Part shown: one piece after another, positions 1 to 8,065 of the stretch | How positions within the stretch are numbered: position 1 is the stretch's first letter | Layout: the number at the start of each line of letters is the position of its first letter | Virus record (IMG/VR): IMGVR_UViG_3300005611_002069 | Coordinates: 1 to 64,000 of that record | DNA: 64,000 nucleotides | DNA from: a virus | Taxonomy: Duplodnaviria > Caudoviricetes | Direction: 5' to 3' (one strand) | Notes under the pieces: model-generated | Databases searched by the model: none | Told to the model about the DNA's origin: nothing | Seen by the model: only the letters and a program-made list of their open reading frames with translations | Made by a program: the position numbers and the translations under genes

Positions 1-885
1 CTACTTCCCAAACACACACTTTTTATTATAGATAAATTTAATGAACACTATCCTGGATATGCACAGATACATCGAGGTAGTAAAGGTCTACAGCCTGTTA
101 ATGATATAGAAGCGCGACATCGTAAACTAAATTGGGAATATAGACAAGATCTGCTGGTGAACTTTCCTGATGATGAGATAAATCGTTACTGGGCGTATGA
201 GTGGTTGCCAGATACGCAGTATAAGCAATTTGATCTAGTTATTAATGCAGGCGCTCTTTCAGAGGCGATCCTCTCACAGTACTATAAGCGCTTTTGTAAG
301 ATGAGTATAGTTGGAAGTTTGACTTGTATAAAAGAGAGCTATGATTGTCCTGTGCTGCACTTTAGTAGTAGCATGGTGTATGGAACCTGGGAAGGTGCTG
401 TGTCCGAAACAGCTCAGATTGCTCCAGAGAGTTTTTATGGTGAGTGTAAAGCAGAGAGTGAAAGTCTCTGTGACTCTCGTGACATTATACTTCGACCTAT
501 TCACATTTTTGGTATGGGTGACGGTAAGTTTTCAATATGGATGAACCTAGAAAGACAGTTGGCGGCAGGTAAGCCTTTAAACGTAGAAGCAGCAGATTGT
601 ATTTACATCAAAGAACTTGTACCAATTATTGAAAAAATAGTTGATAATTGGCAACCTGGAACTTATAATATATCATCTGAAATAATAAGGGATGGAAGAG
701 CTATACAAGCTGTATATCCAACTCCCTTTGAATGCGTAAACAAGCTAGGACCAACAGGTAAACCTAGAGGATCATTAGATAGTTCAAAACTAAGAAAGAC
801 ATTTGATATTACACCTATGTATAATGATTATAAACAAATGATAAAGGATTATTACAAAGAGTATGTATGTTATAGTCAGGGATAA
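1..885 (+). CDS. NAD-dependent epimerase/dehydratase (extended SDR), 5'-truncated by window edge
   Basis: Frame 1 is open from base 1 to TAA at 883-885. FSSSMVYG and YGECK (YxxxK) motifs. Confidence 0.65.
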   Translation, partial: LLPKHTLFIIDKFNEHYPGYAQIHRGSKGLQPVNDIEARHRKLNWEYRQDLLVNFPDDEINRYWAYEWLPDTQYKQFDLVINAGALSEAILSQYYKRFCKMSIVGSLTCIKESYDCPVLHFSSSMVYGTWEGAVSETAQIAPESFYGECKAESESLCDSRDIILRPIHIFGMGDGKFSIWMNLERQLAAGKPLNVEAADCIYIKELVPIIEKIVDNWQPGTYNISSEIIRDGRAIQAVYPTPFECVNKLGPTGKPRGSLDSSKLRKTFDITPMYNDYKQMIKDYYKEYVCYSQG

Positions 886-1144
886 TGACGTATCAAAAGC
901 TGCTAAACTGTTAAAACGAAAGTTGCACAACGAGGGCGTTTTAAAAGAAGTACGAGATAGACGAGCATTTGTTTCAAAAGGGGAACAAAAAAGAGCTGCT
1001 GAAAAGGCGGGTAGATACAGATGGATTCGTAAGCGACAAAAGTTAGAGCAACAGTTTGTTCGAGAAGAGCGTAATCAGCTAAGAAATAATAAAAATAAAC
1101 GCAGACAACAAAACAAAAAACCTTACCAAAAAAGAAGAACATAG
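863..1144 (+). CDS. rpsU: 30S ribosomal protein bS21 with basic C-terminal extension
   Basis: VIVRDNDVSKAAKLLKRKLHNEGVLKEVRDRRAFVSKGEQKR matches the bS21 pattern; 93 aa. Confidence 0.85.
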   Translation: MYVIVRDNDVSKAAKLLKRKLHNEGVLKEVRDRRAFVSKGEQKRAAEKAGRYRWIRKRQKLEQQFVREERNQLRNNKNKRRQQNKKPYQKRRT

Positions 1145-1180
1145 CTTACTGTTAAGGATCTTGTTACGTTGTATTTTTAA

Positions 1181-1209
1181 TTGTTAAATGGTTAAATTAT
1201 TGTTACTAT
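1181..1209 (+). promoter_or_regulatory. sigma70-like promoter
   Basis: TTGTTA-17 nt-TACTAT upstream of an AGGAG RBS and ATG 1233. Confidence 0.5.
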
Positions 1210-1232
1210 AAGTAAAATTATAGGAGATTGTA

Positions 1233-1478
1233 ATGAAAGCATTTAAAGGCACATTTAAGAAAAAAGATGGTCAACTTAGGCAAATGGTATTCGCAAGAAT
1301 AGAAGACTTGCCGAGTAAGTTTGTAGCCAGTAAAATTAATGGAGCTGGTAATGAACAAAAATATCCCAAAGGCTTAGAGCTAGTATGGGACTTAGAAGCT
1401 GATAATTTTAGAATATTTAACTATAATACAAAAGAAGATCTAAAAGAGCTTGAGATAGAAGAAAGTCTATTCCTATGA
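1233..1478 (+). CDS. WYL-like/DUF2693-type SH3-fold phage protein
   Basis: FKKKDGQLRQM ... VWDLEADNFRIF pattern; good RBS. Confidence 0.5.
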   Translation: MKAFKGTFKKKDGQLRQMVFARIEDLPSKFVASKINGAGNEQKYPKGLELVWDLEADNFRIFNYNTKEDLKELEIEESLFL

Positions 1479-1699
1479 CAGAGTTTAGTAAAAGTATATT
1501 AGGAATTTTTACCCAAAACAGCACAACATTAGCACTAACTTATACATTTGGACACATAATTATTGCAGCAAATGTGATTTACTGGCTAACTGGCGCAACT
1601 ATATGGGAAGCAGGAGTTGTTGCGCTTATAGAGCCTGCTATAAACGGACTCTGGTTCTATGTTCTTCACAAAGTATGGATTCATGTTGCAAAAAATTAA
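1475..1699 (+). CDS. DUF2061-like small membrane protein
   Basis: Two hydrophobic helices; TYTFGHIIIA ... ALIEPAINGLWFYVLHKVW; ATGA coupling to upstream gene. Confidence 0.6.
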   Translation: MTEFSKSILGIFTQNSTTLALTYTFGHIIIAANVIYWLTGATIWEAGVVALIEPAINGLWFYVLHKVWIHVAKN

Positions 1700-2147
1700 T
1701 TTACAAATAGATCATGATCTTATATTAAAAGAAATTAACAACCCTAAACTTAAGTGGTTTGGTTGGAATTTTAAAAACTTTGATAAAGATCGTACAATAA
1801 CTTCAATTGATTGGGGTAAAAACTCTGAAATCGGAGTTTTCAGTTTAAGATTCAGCAAACATCAAGATACGATATTAAAAGCTATACCTGAGTTAAAAGA
1901 CATCAGTTTTAATGCAGAAAAATCTCACATAACTAAAACACTTCCTCAAGGCGGACTTCCTTGGCATAAAGATTATAAACGTAGTAAAGCATTATTGATT
2001 CCAATTGGAGTTAATAAAGGTGAGATAGTTTATAAAAACTTTTCTTTTAAATATGAAGGTCCTACATACATTACAACAAATGTCTTGCATAAGACTCAAA
2101 ATGATAGTAATATTAACAGATATACAATACAACTACATATAAACTAG
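1683..2147 (+). CDS. 2OG-Fe(II)/cupin oxygenase (Asp/Asn beta-hydroxylase-like)
   Basis: LPWHKD (HxD) ... LHKTQN ... RYTIQL. Start at 1683 preferred over 1659 to reduce overlap. Confidence 0.6.
   Translation: MLQKINLQIDHDLILKEINNPKLKWFGWNFKNFDKDRTITSIDWGKNSEIGVFSLRFSKHQDTILKAIPELKDISFNAEKSHITKTLPQGGLPWHKDYKRSKALLIPIGVNKGEIVYKNFSFKYEGPTYITTNVLHKTQNDSNINRYTIQLHIN
2085..2113 (+). promoter_or_regulatory. sigma70-like promoter probably driving the tmRNA precursor
   Basis: TTGCAT-17 nt-TAATAT, ~35 nt upstream of the tmRNA acceptor piece. Confidence 0.45.
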
Positions 2148-2213
2148 TGCTTCGTTTGAGAAGCAGATAATAAAACAAACTGGACACGGGGGCAGTACCC
2201 GTCACCTCCACCA
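2148..2213 (+). ncRNA. ssrA: Two-piece (permuted) tmRNA, acceptor piece (5' end approximate)
   Basis: T-arm ACGGG-GGCAGTA-CCCGT (2186-2202) with the alphaproteobacterial GGCAGUA loop, then CACCTCC-A-CCA ending at 2213. Pairs with GGGGGTG at 2431-2437, including the G3.U70 alanine determinant. Confidence 0.92.
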
Positions 2214-2229
2214 ATAAATAGGTTTTTTG

Positions 2230-2460
2230 ATGATTACTTCTTTTATACCTGTATTCGAAGACAATATGCGTAGACTTAAAAAAGACATTGAAAAAGAGCT
2301 TAAACGAGCTAAGTCTGATAGAAGAAAACAGTGGCTTCGAGACACTCTTCGTGATGTTAGACATACTCGTGATCTAATTAAACAAGCTAAGCCAAACGTA
2401 TCTTGTCCTCATTGCGGGGGTAAAATAAATGGGGGTGAAATAGGATCGACAGATGTATAA
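2230..2460 (+). CDS. Small basic helical protein with C-terminal CPHC, encoded in the tmRNA intervening segment
   Basis: 76 open codons from ATG 2230 (TTG 2227 alternative) with AGGT upstream. The last 9 codons and TAA overlap the tmRNA coding piece. Confidence 0.6.
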   Translation: MITSFIPVFEDNMRRLKKDIEKELKRAKSDRRKQWLRDTLRDVRHTRDLIKQAKPNVSCPHCGGKINGGEIGSTDV

Positions 2461-2600
2461 AACTGATTCGAGAAGCAGGTGCGCAAGCGACCTTAACCGC
2501 AAGATTTTATAAATGCAAATGATAATTTTGCACCTCAGGAGTTAGCGCTAGCCGCTTAATTCCTATGCGCCGCTAGGAGCGTGGAAACAGAATCCTAGCA
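2431..2600 (+). ncRNA. ssrA: Two-piece tmRNA, coding piece (3' end approximate); tag (A)ANDNFAPQELALAA at 2515-2559
   Basis: 5' GGGGGTGAAATAGGATCGAC; ATAAAT-GCA resume context; tag ends in LAA-stop; terminal hairpin GCTAGGA/TCCTAGC (2572-2599). Confidence 0.92.
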
Positions 2601-2624
2601 CATACCCAAATTCAAGAGGAATTC

Positions 2625-3206
2625 ATGTTAAAAACTTATATTTTAGGTAATGGTGGTTTTGCACAAGAAGTATTTGAACAAATATTTCTTAATGAACCAG
2701 GAAAATTAGATTTTGGTGGTTTTATAATCATTAAAAATGATAAAGCTCACGTTATAAATGATGACGGAGTAAAACTGTTTAACTATGATAAAGAAAGTCG
2801 TTTTATTATAGGCACATCGAACTATGAGTGGAGAAAAGTCTTTATAGATCATATTACTAGATTTTATGAAATAAACGTAAAACACTTTCCAAACGTACAA
2901 GCCTACAACGCACATATATCTGGAACAAGTATGCAAGGTGTAGGAAACTTATATCTATGCTTCACACTGATCAATGCAAATGCAGACATAGGTAATTTTA
3001 ATACTTTTAATTGTTATTCTTCTATACATCACGATACAACAGTTGGAGATAATAATTTTTTTGCTGCCTATGCTAGTTCATTACCTTGTAGAAAAATTGG
3101 AGATAATAATATATTACAACCTGGAGAAGTATTATATGAGGATATGGAAGATGACGAGATTCTCTCTTCAGGAGTAGTGCATGATGGTAATCTCCTCAGC
3201 ACATAA
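2625..3206 (+). CDS. NeuD/PglD-like sugar acetyltransferase (hexapeptide repeat)
   Basis: ILGNGGFAQEV N-terminus; I-G-N-F-N/V-G-D-N-N hexapeptide repeats. Confidence 0.7.
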   Translation: MLKTYILGNGGFAQEVFEQIFLNEPGKLDFGGFIIIKNDKAHVINDDGVKLFNYDKESRFIIGTSNYEWRKVFIDHITRFYEINVKHFPNVQAYNAHISGTSMQGVGNLYLCFTLINANADIGNFNTFNCYSSIHHDTTVGDNNFFAAYASSLPCRKIGDNNILQPGEVLYEDMEDDEILSSGVVHDGNLLST

Positions 3207-3870
3207 AGTTGCTTGTATGCAACCGTATTTGTTTCCTTATTTAGGATATTTTCAATTAATAAATGCAGTTGATGATTTTATTGCGTTAGATGATGTTGGT
3301 TATTTTAAGAAAGGTTGGTTACATCGTAATCAGATTATGATAAACAATCAGCCTTTTTTATTTACAATTCCTTTGCACAAAGCTTCACAAAATCGTTTTA
3401 TAAATGAACACTATATTCAAGATAATTGGAGTACTAAGTTTTTAGTCACACTAAAACATGCGTATAGTAAATCTCCTTATTTTGATGATTGTTGGGAATT
3501 TATTGAGAAATTAATTCTAAGCACGTATAAAAAGAATCTTGCAGAAGCTGGTCTTTATATACTAAAGCAAATAAGTTTGAGATTTAAATTACAAACCAAT
3601 TTTGAGTTATCATCTAAAATTAACACTGGTGATAAAACAAAACAAGATAGAATCATAGCTTTATGTAAATCTAAAAATGCGTTAACATACATCAATCCAA
3701 TCGGCGGCAAAGAAATTGGTATGTACCATAAAAAAGATTTCAAACCTATTGAATTAAAATTTATACAAAGAGAAGATAGTGAAGGAATGTATTCAATTAT
3801 TCATTATCTTTTTACAAAAAGCTCAGATGAGATAACAGATATACTGAATCAGTATAAATTAATAGATTAA
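3181..3870 (+). CDS. wbqC: WbqC-like protein
   Basis: MQPYLFPYLGYFQLI, KKGWLHRN, LKHAYSKSPYF, YINPIGG signature blocks. Confidence 0.85.
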   Translation: MMVISSAHKVACMQPYLFPYLGYFQLINAVDDFIALDDVGYFKKGWLHRNQIMINNQPFLFTIPLHKASQNRFINEHYIQDNWSTKFLVTLKHAYSKSPYFDDCWEFIEKLILSTYKKNLAEAGLYILKQISLRFKLQTNFELSSKINTGDKTKQDRIIALCKSKNALTYINPIGGKEIGMYHKKDFKPIELKFIQREDSEGMYSIIHYLFTKSSDEITDILNQYKLID

Positions 3871-3879
3871 GGAGAAAAA

Positions 3880-4068
3880 ATGAAATTATCTAAACTTACA
3901 AAAATTAATGAGTCATACACTATCTATCGTTACGATAACGGTTTTCGTTTTGAAGCAGGCGGTCGTGATGCTGAGAATGAGTACAAGAACGTTAATTTAA
4001 TTCTTAACAGCGAAGAAGAACTAATTGAAGTTATTCAGGAAGCAAACGCAATGGAAAAGGAGGATTAA
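3880..4068 (+). CDS. Small hypothetical phage protein
   Basis: Strong AGGAG RBS, 62 aa, YRYDNGFRFEAGGRD core. Confidence 0.6.
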   Translation: MKLSKLTKINESYTIYRYDNGFRFEAGGRDAENEYKNVNLILNSEEELIEVIQEANAMEKED

Positions 4069-4070
4069 AC

Positions 4071-4721
4071 ATGGCAGTAAAACCAATAATTATTTTTGGT
4101 AATAAAGATTTAGCTGAAATGGCTAAATTTTACTTTACTCAAGTAGGTAGACGTGTAGCAGGATTCACAATGGATAATCCTGAAAGCGATACGTATAAAA
4201 AATTACCTATGTGGGATGCAGAAACTATACATCTTGATTGTCCTTATACTGAGTATGATATGTTTGCACCTATTTATAGTAATATTACGAGACAAAAAAT
4301 TTATGAAAGACTACTAGGACTAGGGTATAAACTAGTAAATTTTGTACACGAGACTGCTCATGTATGGGATTCAGGTATGGTAAGTAGAAACCAAAATGTC
4401 TTCATACAAGAACATAATAATATTCAGTATGGAACTACTATAGGTGATAATAATATTTTTTGGGCAGGTAATCATATTGGGCATCATAGCATTATCGGTG
4501 CTCATAATTATTTTAGTTCTCACGTAGTATTATCAGGACACTGTAAAGTAGGTAACGGTAATTATTTTGGTGTAAATTGTACAATTAAAGATGCTATGAG
4601 TATAGCTAGTGGTAATTTTTTTGGTGCTAACTCGTTTATTTCTAAAAATATAGATACAGATAATACATTATATTTTGGAACACCAGCTACTCCTAAAGGC
4701 GATGCCAAAAAGTATATGTAA
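4071..4721 (+). CDS. NeuD-like sugar acetyltransferase (hexapeptide repeat)
   Basis: IIIFGNKDLAE; IGDNNIFWAGNHIGHHSIIGAHNYFSSHVVLSGHCKVG. Confidence 0.8.
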   Translation: MAVKPIIIFGNKDLAEMAKFYFTQVGRRVAGFTMDNPESDTYKKLPMWDAETIHLDCPYTEYDMFAPIYSNITRQKIYERLLGLGYKLVNFVHETAHVWDSGMVSRNQNVFIQEHNNIQYGTTIGDNNIFWAGNHIGHHSIIGAHNYFSSHVVLSGHCKVGNGNYFGVNCTIKDAMSIASGNFFGANSFISKNIDTDNTLYFGTPATPKGDAKKYM

Positions 4722-5593
4722 TGTGGACAAACAAAAGAATTATTTTTAATAACCGAAGAGCGCAACTACCCGTAGCAGAATTTACAGATGAGGTTTTTAA
4801 TATCTACTATACCTCAAGAAATGTAAAAAACCAAAATATGGGTTACAAACTTACTTTAGATAAAAACTTTAATGTTTTAGATGATAAACTTATACTAGAA
4901 CCTGGAAAGCCAGGTTCATGTGATGTTTCTGGAGTAATGCCTACAGCCATTTGGGGTCGTAATTTATATTATATTGGGTGGACTCTTAGGCATGATGTTC
5001 CTTATTATAATTATACTTGTTTAGCTCAAGAAGAAAATGGTAGATATACAAAACTAGGTCCAGTGCTTCATGCAGATACAATAGGTGATGGTTATACAGG
5101 AACATTAGCTCTTCTACATACTCATCACACAAAGTTTGCATATTATTTAAATTGTATAGATTGGCTACCAGACGAAAATAATAGTCTACAACCAAGTTAC
5201 AACATTGGTTTAGCAGTAACTAAAGATGGAATTAATTTTAGTAAAATGAAAGACCCAGCTATAGACCTTGAAGGAGAAGAAGCAGGAATTTCTTCGGCTA
5301 CAGTGATTGAGCATGAAGGTGTGTATCACATGTGGTTTTCTGTACGACACGCTAAAGAGTTTAGGACAAATCCAGATAAGGCTTATAAAATTAAGCATGC
5401 AACATCTAAAGATGGTTGGAACTGGACAAGAGATGATAAATTTGGTATTATACCAGAATATGAATTTGAATCAATTATGTGCGCTTATCCCTCTGTGTTA
5501 AAAATTGATGATTCGCTATATATGTTCTACAATGGCAATGGTTTTGGAGAAACAGGTATAGCTTTAACCACAATGGAAACAAAATATTTATGA
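4721..5593 (+). CDS. Five-bladed beta-propeller glycoside-hydrolase-like protein (type found in polysaccharide loci)
   Basis: CDVSGVMP, YYIGW, YNIGLAVTKDG, YHMWFSVR, SKDGWNWTR, AYPSV, FYNGNGFGETG. Confidence 0.65.
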   Translation: MWTNKRIIFNNRRAQLPVAEFTDEVFNIYYTSRNVKNQNMGYKLTLDKNFNVLDDKLILEPGKPGSCDVSGVMPTAIWGRNLYYIGWTLRHDVPYYNYTCLAQEENGRYTKLGPVLHADTIGDGYTGTLALLHTHHTKFAYYLNCIDWLPDENNSLQPSYNIGLAVTKDGINFSKMKDPAIDLEGEEAGISSATVIEHEGVYHMWFSVRHAKEFRTNPDKAYKIKHATSKDGWNWTRDDKFGIIPEYEFESIMCAYPSVLKIDDSLYMFYNGNGFGETGIALTTMETKYL

Positions 5594-6306
5594 AAATCAC
5601 TGAATATCACGAAAATGGGTATACCATCGCTAATAAACTAGTAGAGCCTACGTTTTTAGATGAAATTGTAAGAACTATAAAAGCTCCTTTTTACAAACAA
5701 ATAGAGCATTTTGGTTATAGTTCTATGATTGATCTTTATGAGGAAATGCCTGATATTTTTATGAATTGTGCAAAGCATGCTCAATGGAATTTACAACTTC
5801 ATCATCTTGGAGTTATGTTAGGATATAAAGTAGGTGCGTTTATGCAAAGAGAACCTCTTATTAATATCTGTACTCGCCCTGTGGTATATTTTAATAATCT
5901 TAAAACGGCTAAGAAAGCAGTAAATCATACTACTCCTGCACATGCAGATTCTATATCGATGAAAGGATCAGAAGATGCAGTAGTGGTTTGGGTTCCTCTT
6001 ATAGAGATGTCAGAGGAGCATGGATTTCTAGAAATAGCTCCTAAAAGTCATATATTAGATCACTCTATTAAAAAATTCGAAGATGGTTTTGGAAACGTAG
6101 ATGAAGAACTATTTACTTTTGAACCTATCAAAATTAAAAAAGGCGATGTATTAATTTTTAACTCAAATTTAGTTCATAGAAGTGGAAAACTACAAAACGA
6201 TAAAGTAACTAGATGGTCTGCACATTTTAGATTTAATAATATGTATGATGAACGTTTTATTACTAACGGCTATCCTCACCCTTATGAGTATAAAAATATA
6301 ACATGA
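5590..6306 (+). CDS. Phytanoyl-CoA dioxygenase (PhyH) family 2OG oxygenase
   Basis: TPAHAD, VVVWVPL, GFLEIAPKSH, KGDVLIFNSNLVHRSG, RWS. Confidence 0.8.
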   Translation: MKITEYHENGYTIANKLVEPTFLDEIVRTIKAPFYKQIEHFGYSSMIDLYEEMPDIFMNCAKHAQWNLQLHHLGVMLGYKVGAFMQREPLINICTRPVVYFNNLKTAKKAVNHTTPAHADSISMKGSEDAVVVWVPLIEMSEEHGFLEIAPKSHILDHSIKKFEDGFGNVDEELFTFEPIKIKKGDVLIFNSNLVHRSGKLQNDKVTRWSAHFRFNNMYDERFITNGYPHPYEYKNIT

Positions 6307-7070
6307 TAGATATATATTTTAGAACATCTTCCAATAAAAAACCAACAGCAAGACCATCATGGTTTAGTTATGAAAAATGCTGGAACAATTTAATACAAAC
6401 TAGAATGAATAATCCTATTACCGTAATCCATGACGGACCTGTTGAAAAACCTAGTAAATATGAACAACACGAAAACGTAAAAGTTATAGAAATAGATTCT
6501 GAAAAAATATTACCTAAATTATTAGAAGAATGGGAAAATAGTAACGAAACATACTGGGATAGAGACTCAAAAGGTCAAACATATGAAAAAAGAGTTGAAG
6601 CACCTGACAGAGAAAAAGCTGCGGGTTTGTTAATGTATCAACAAATATATTCTAATTTAGATACTGATAAAGGTAATGATTTAATATATATAATTGAAGA
6701 TGATTATCTACACCTAGGAGCTTGGCCTATGGTTCTAGAAAATTTATACGAATGCCACCCGCAAATAACATACTCAACTCTGTATGATCACCCTGATAAG
6801 TATACACAGAGATATACAAATATTAAAACCCCTTTAATTATTAGTAACTTTTCTCATTGGAGATTTGTGCCTAGTACTTGTGGAACTTTTGCTTGTAGAA
6901 TCAAAGATTTTATCGAAGATAAAGATATTCACATGGATAACCTAGGAGATCACAATAAGTTTATTAAATTAGCAGAGAAAAGAAGAAGCATAGCTTCCCC
7001 TATACCAGGTATAGCTACTCACTGTGTTGAGCCTTGGATTTCACCTTTTAGAAGTTGGACAGAAGTATGA
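6303..7070 (+). CDS. GT-A fold glycosyltransferase
   Basis: VIHDG; YIIEDDYLH (DxD-like); YDHPDKY; PSTCGTFA. Confidence 0.6.
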   Translation: MIDIYFRTSSNKKPTARPSWFSYEKCWNNLIQTRMNNPITVIHDGPVEKPSKYEQHENVKVIEIDSEKILPKLLEEWENSNETYWDRDSKGQTYEKRVEAPDREKAAGLLMYQQIYSNLDTDKGNDLIYIIEDDYLHLGAWPMVLENLYECHPQITYSTLYDHPDKYTQRYTNIKTPLIISNFSHWRFVPSTCGTFACRIKDFIEDKDIHMDNLGDHNKFIKLAEKRRSIASPIPGIATHCVEPWISPFRSWTEV

Positions 7071-8065
7071 TTAACTTTATACCTATAAAAAACTTTAATA
7101 ATGAAACATTTATTAAATATTTAAATTCTAGCATATCTATAAATCAAATGACCAATTATGGTCCTAATGTTCAATTATTAGAAAAACGAGCTAGAGATAT
7201 GCTTAAAATACCCGAAGAGTTTGATGTTATTGCTACAAGCAACGGAACTACTGCGCTACACACTGTTTTTTGGTCATTTGAACGACAAAAGATGAAAAGT
7301 TTGAATAAAGCAGTACAAAATTTTACGTTTCCAGCTTCAGCACAAGGGGTTATGTCAGGAGCTACAAAGATTGATTTTGATATTTCTTATAATATTGATT
7401 TAGCACATAGTTTAATGCAAAAATACTCTGAAGTTATTTGTATAACAAACCTATTCGGACATTTACAAAATCTTGAATTAATAGTGAACAGGCTAAAAGC
7501 TGCTGATAAGATAGTTATATTTGATAATGCTGCCACACCTTATTCATTCTATAGAGGTATTAACAGCTGTGCATTAGCTGATGGATCTTGTGTATCTTTA
7601 CATCATACAAAACCTATCGGATTCGGAGAAGGAGGTTTAGCTATAGTTAGAAAAGAAGTTTCAAAGTTTGCCAGAGAAGCTATAAATTTTGGGTGGGTAG
7701 ACGGTGCTTTTAATGAGAGAGGCTCAAATTTTAAAATGAGCGAGTTAAGTGCTGCAGGAATTTTACAATACTGGGATAGTTTTAATATTGACGAAATGGC
7801 TAAAATATACAGAGAAAACTATTTTGAAATGACTTATAAACTAGCAGCAAAATATGGTGGTAAGTCACACCCTAATAACTCTGATGAAGAGGGTTTCTTT
7901 CCTTCAAATTTACCTTTTATCTTTTCAGAGCCTATATTACCAGAACAAATAAATGCAGATGTAGAGATTAAAAAATATTATCAACCTTTAGAAAATTTAC
8001 CTGTTTCAAATGACTTATATAGCAAAACATTAAATTTTCCTATTCATGAGAGATATGATATATGA
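7067..8065 (+). CDS. DegT/DnrJ/EryC1/StrS PLP-dependent sugar aminotransferase
   Basis: SNGTTAL, NFTFPAS, FDNAA, SLHHTKPIGFGEGG (PLP lysine), NFKMSELSAA. Confidence 0.85.
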   Translation: MINFIPIKNFNNETFIKYLNSSISINQMTNYGPNVQLLEKRARDMLKIPEEFDVIATSNGTTALHTVFWSFERQKMKSLNKAVQNFTFPASAQGVMSGATKIDFDISYNIDLAHSLMQKYSEVICITNLFGHLQNLELIVNRLKAADKIVIFDNAATPYSFYRGINSCALADGSCVSLHHTKPIGFGEGGLAIVRKEVSKFAREAINFGWVDGAFNERGSNFKMSELSAAGILQYWDSFNIDEMAKIYRENYFEMTYKLAAKYGGKSHPNNSDEEGFFPSNLPFIFSEPILPEQINADVEIKKYYQPLENLPVSNDLYSKTLNFPIHERYDI

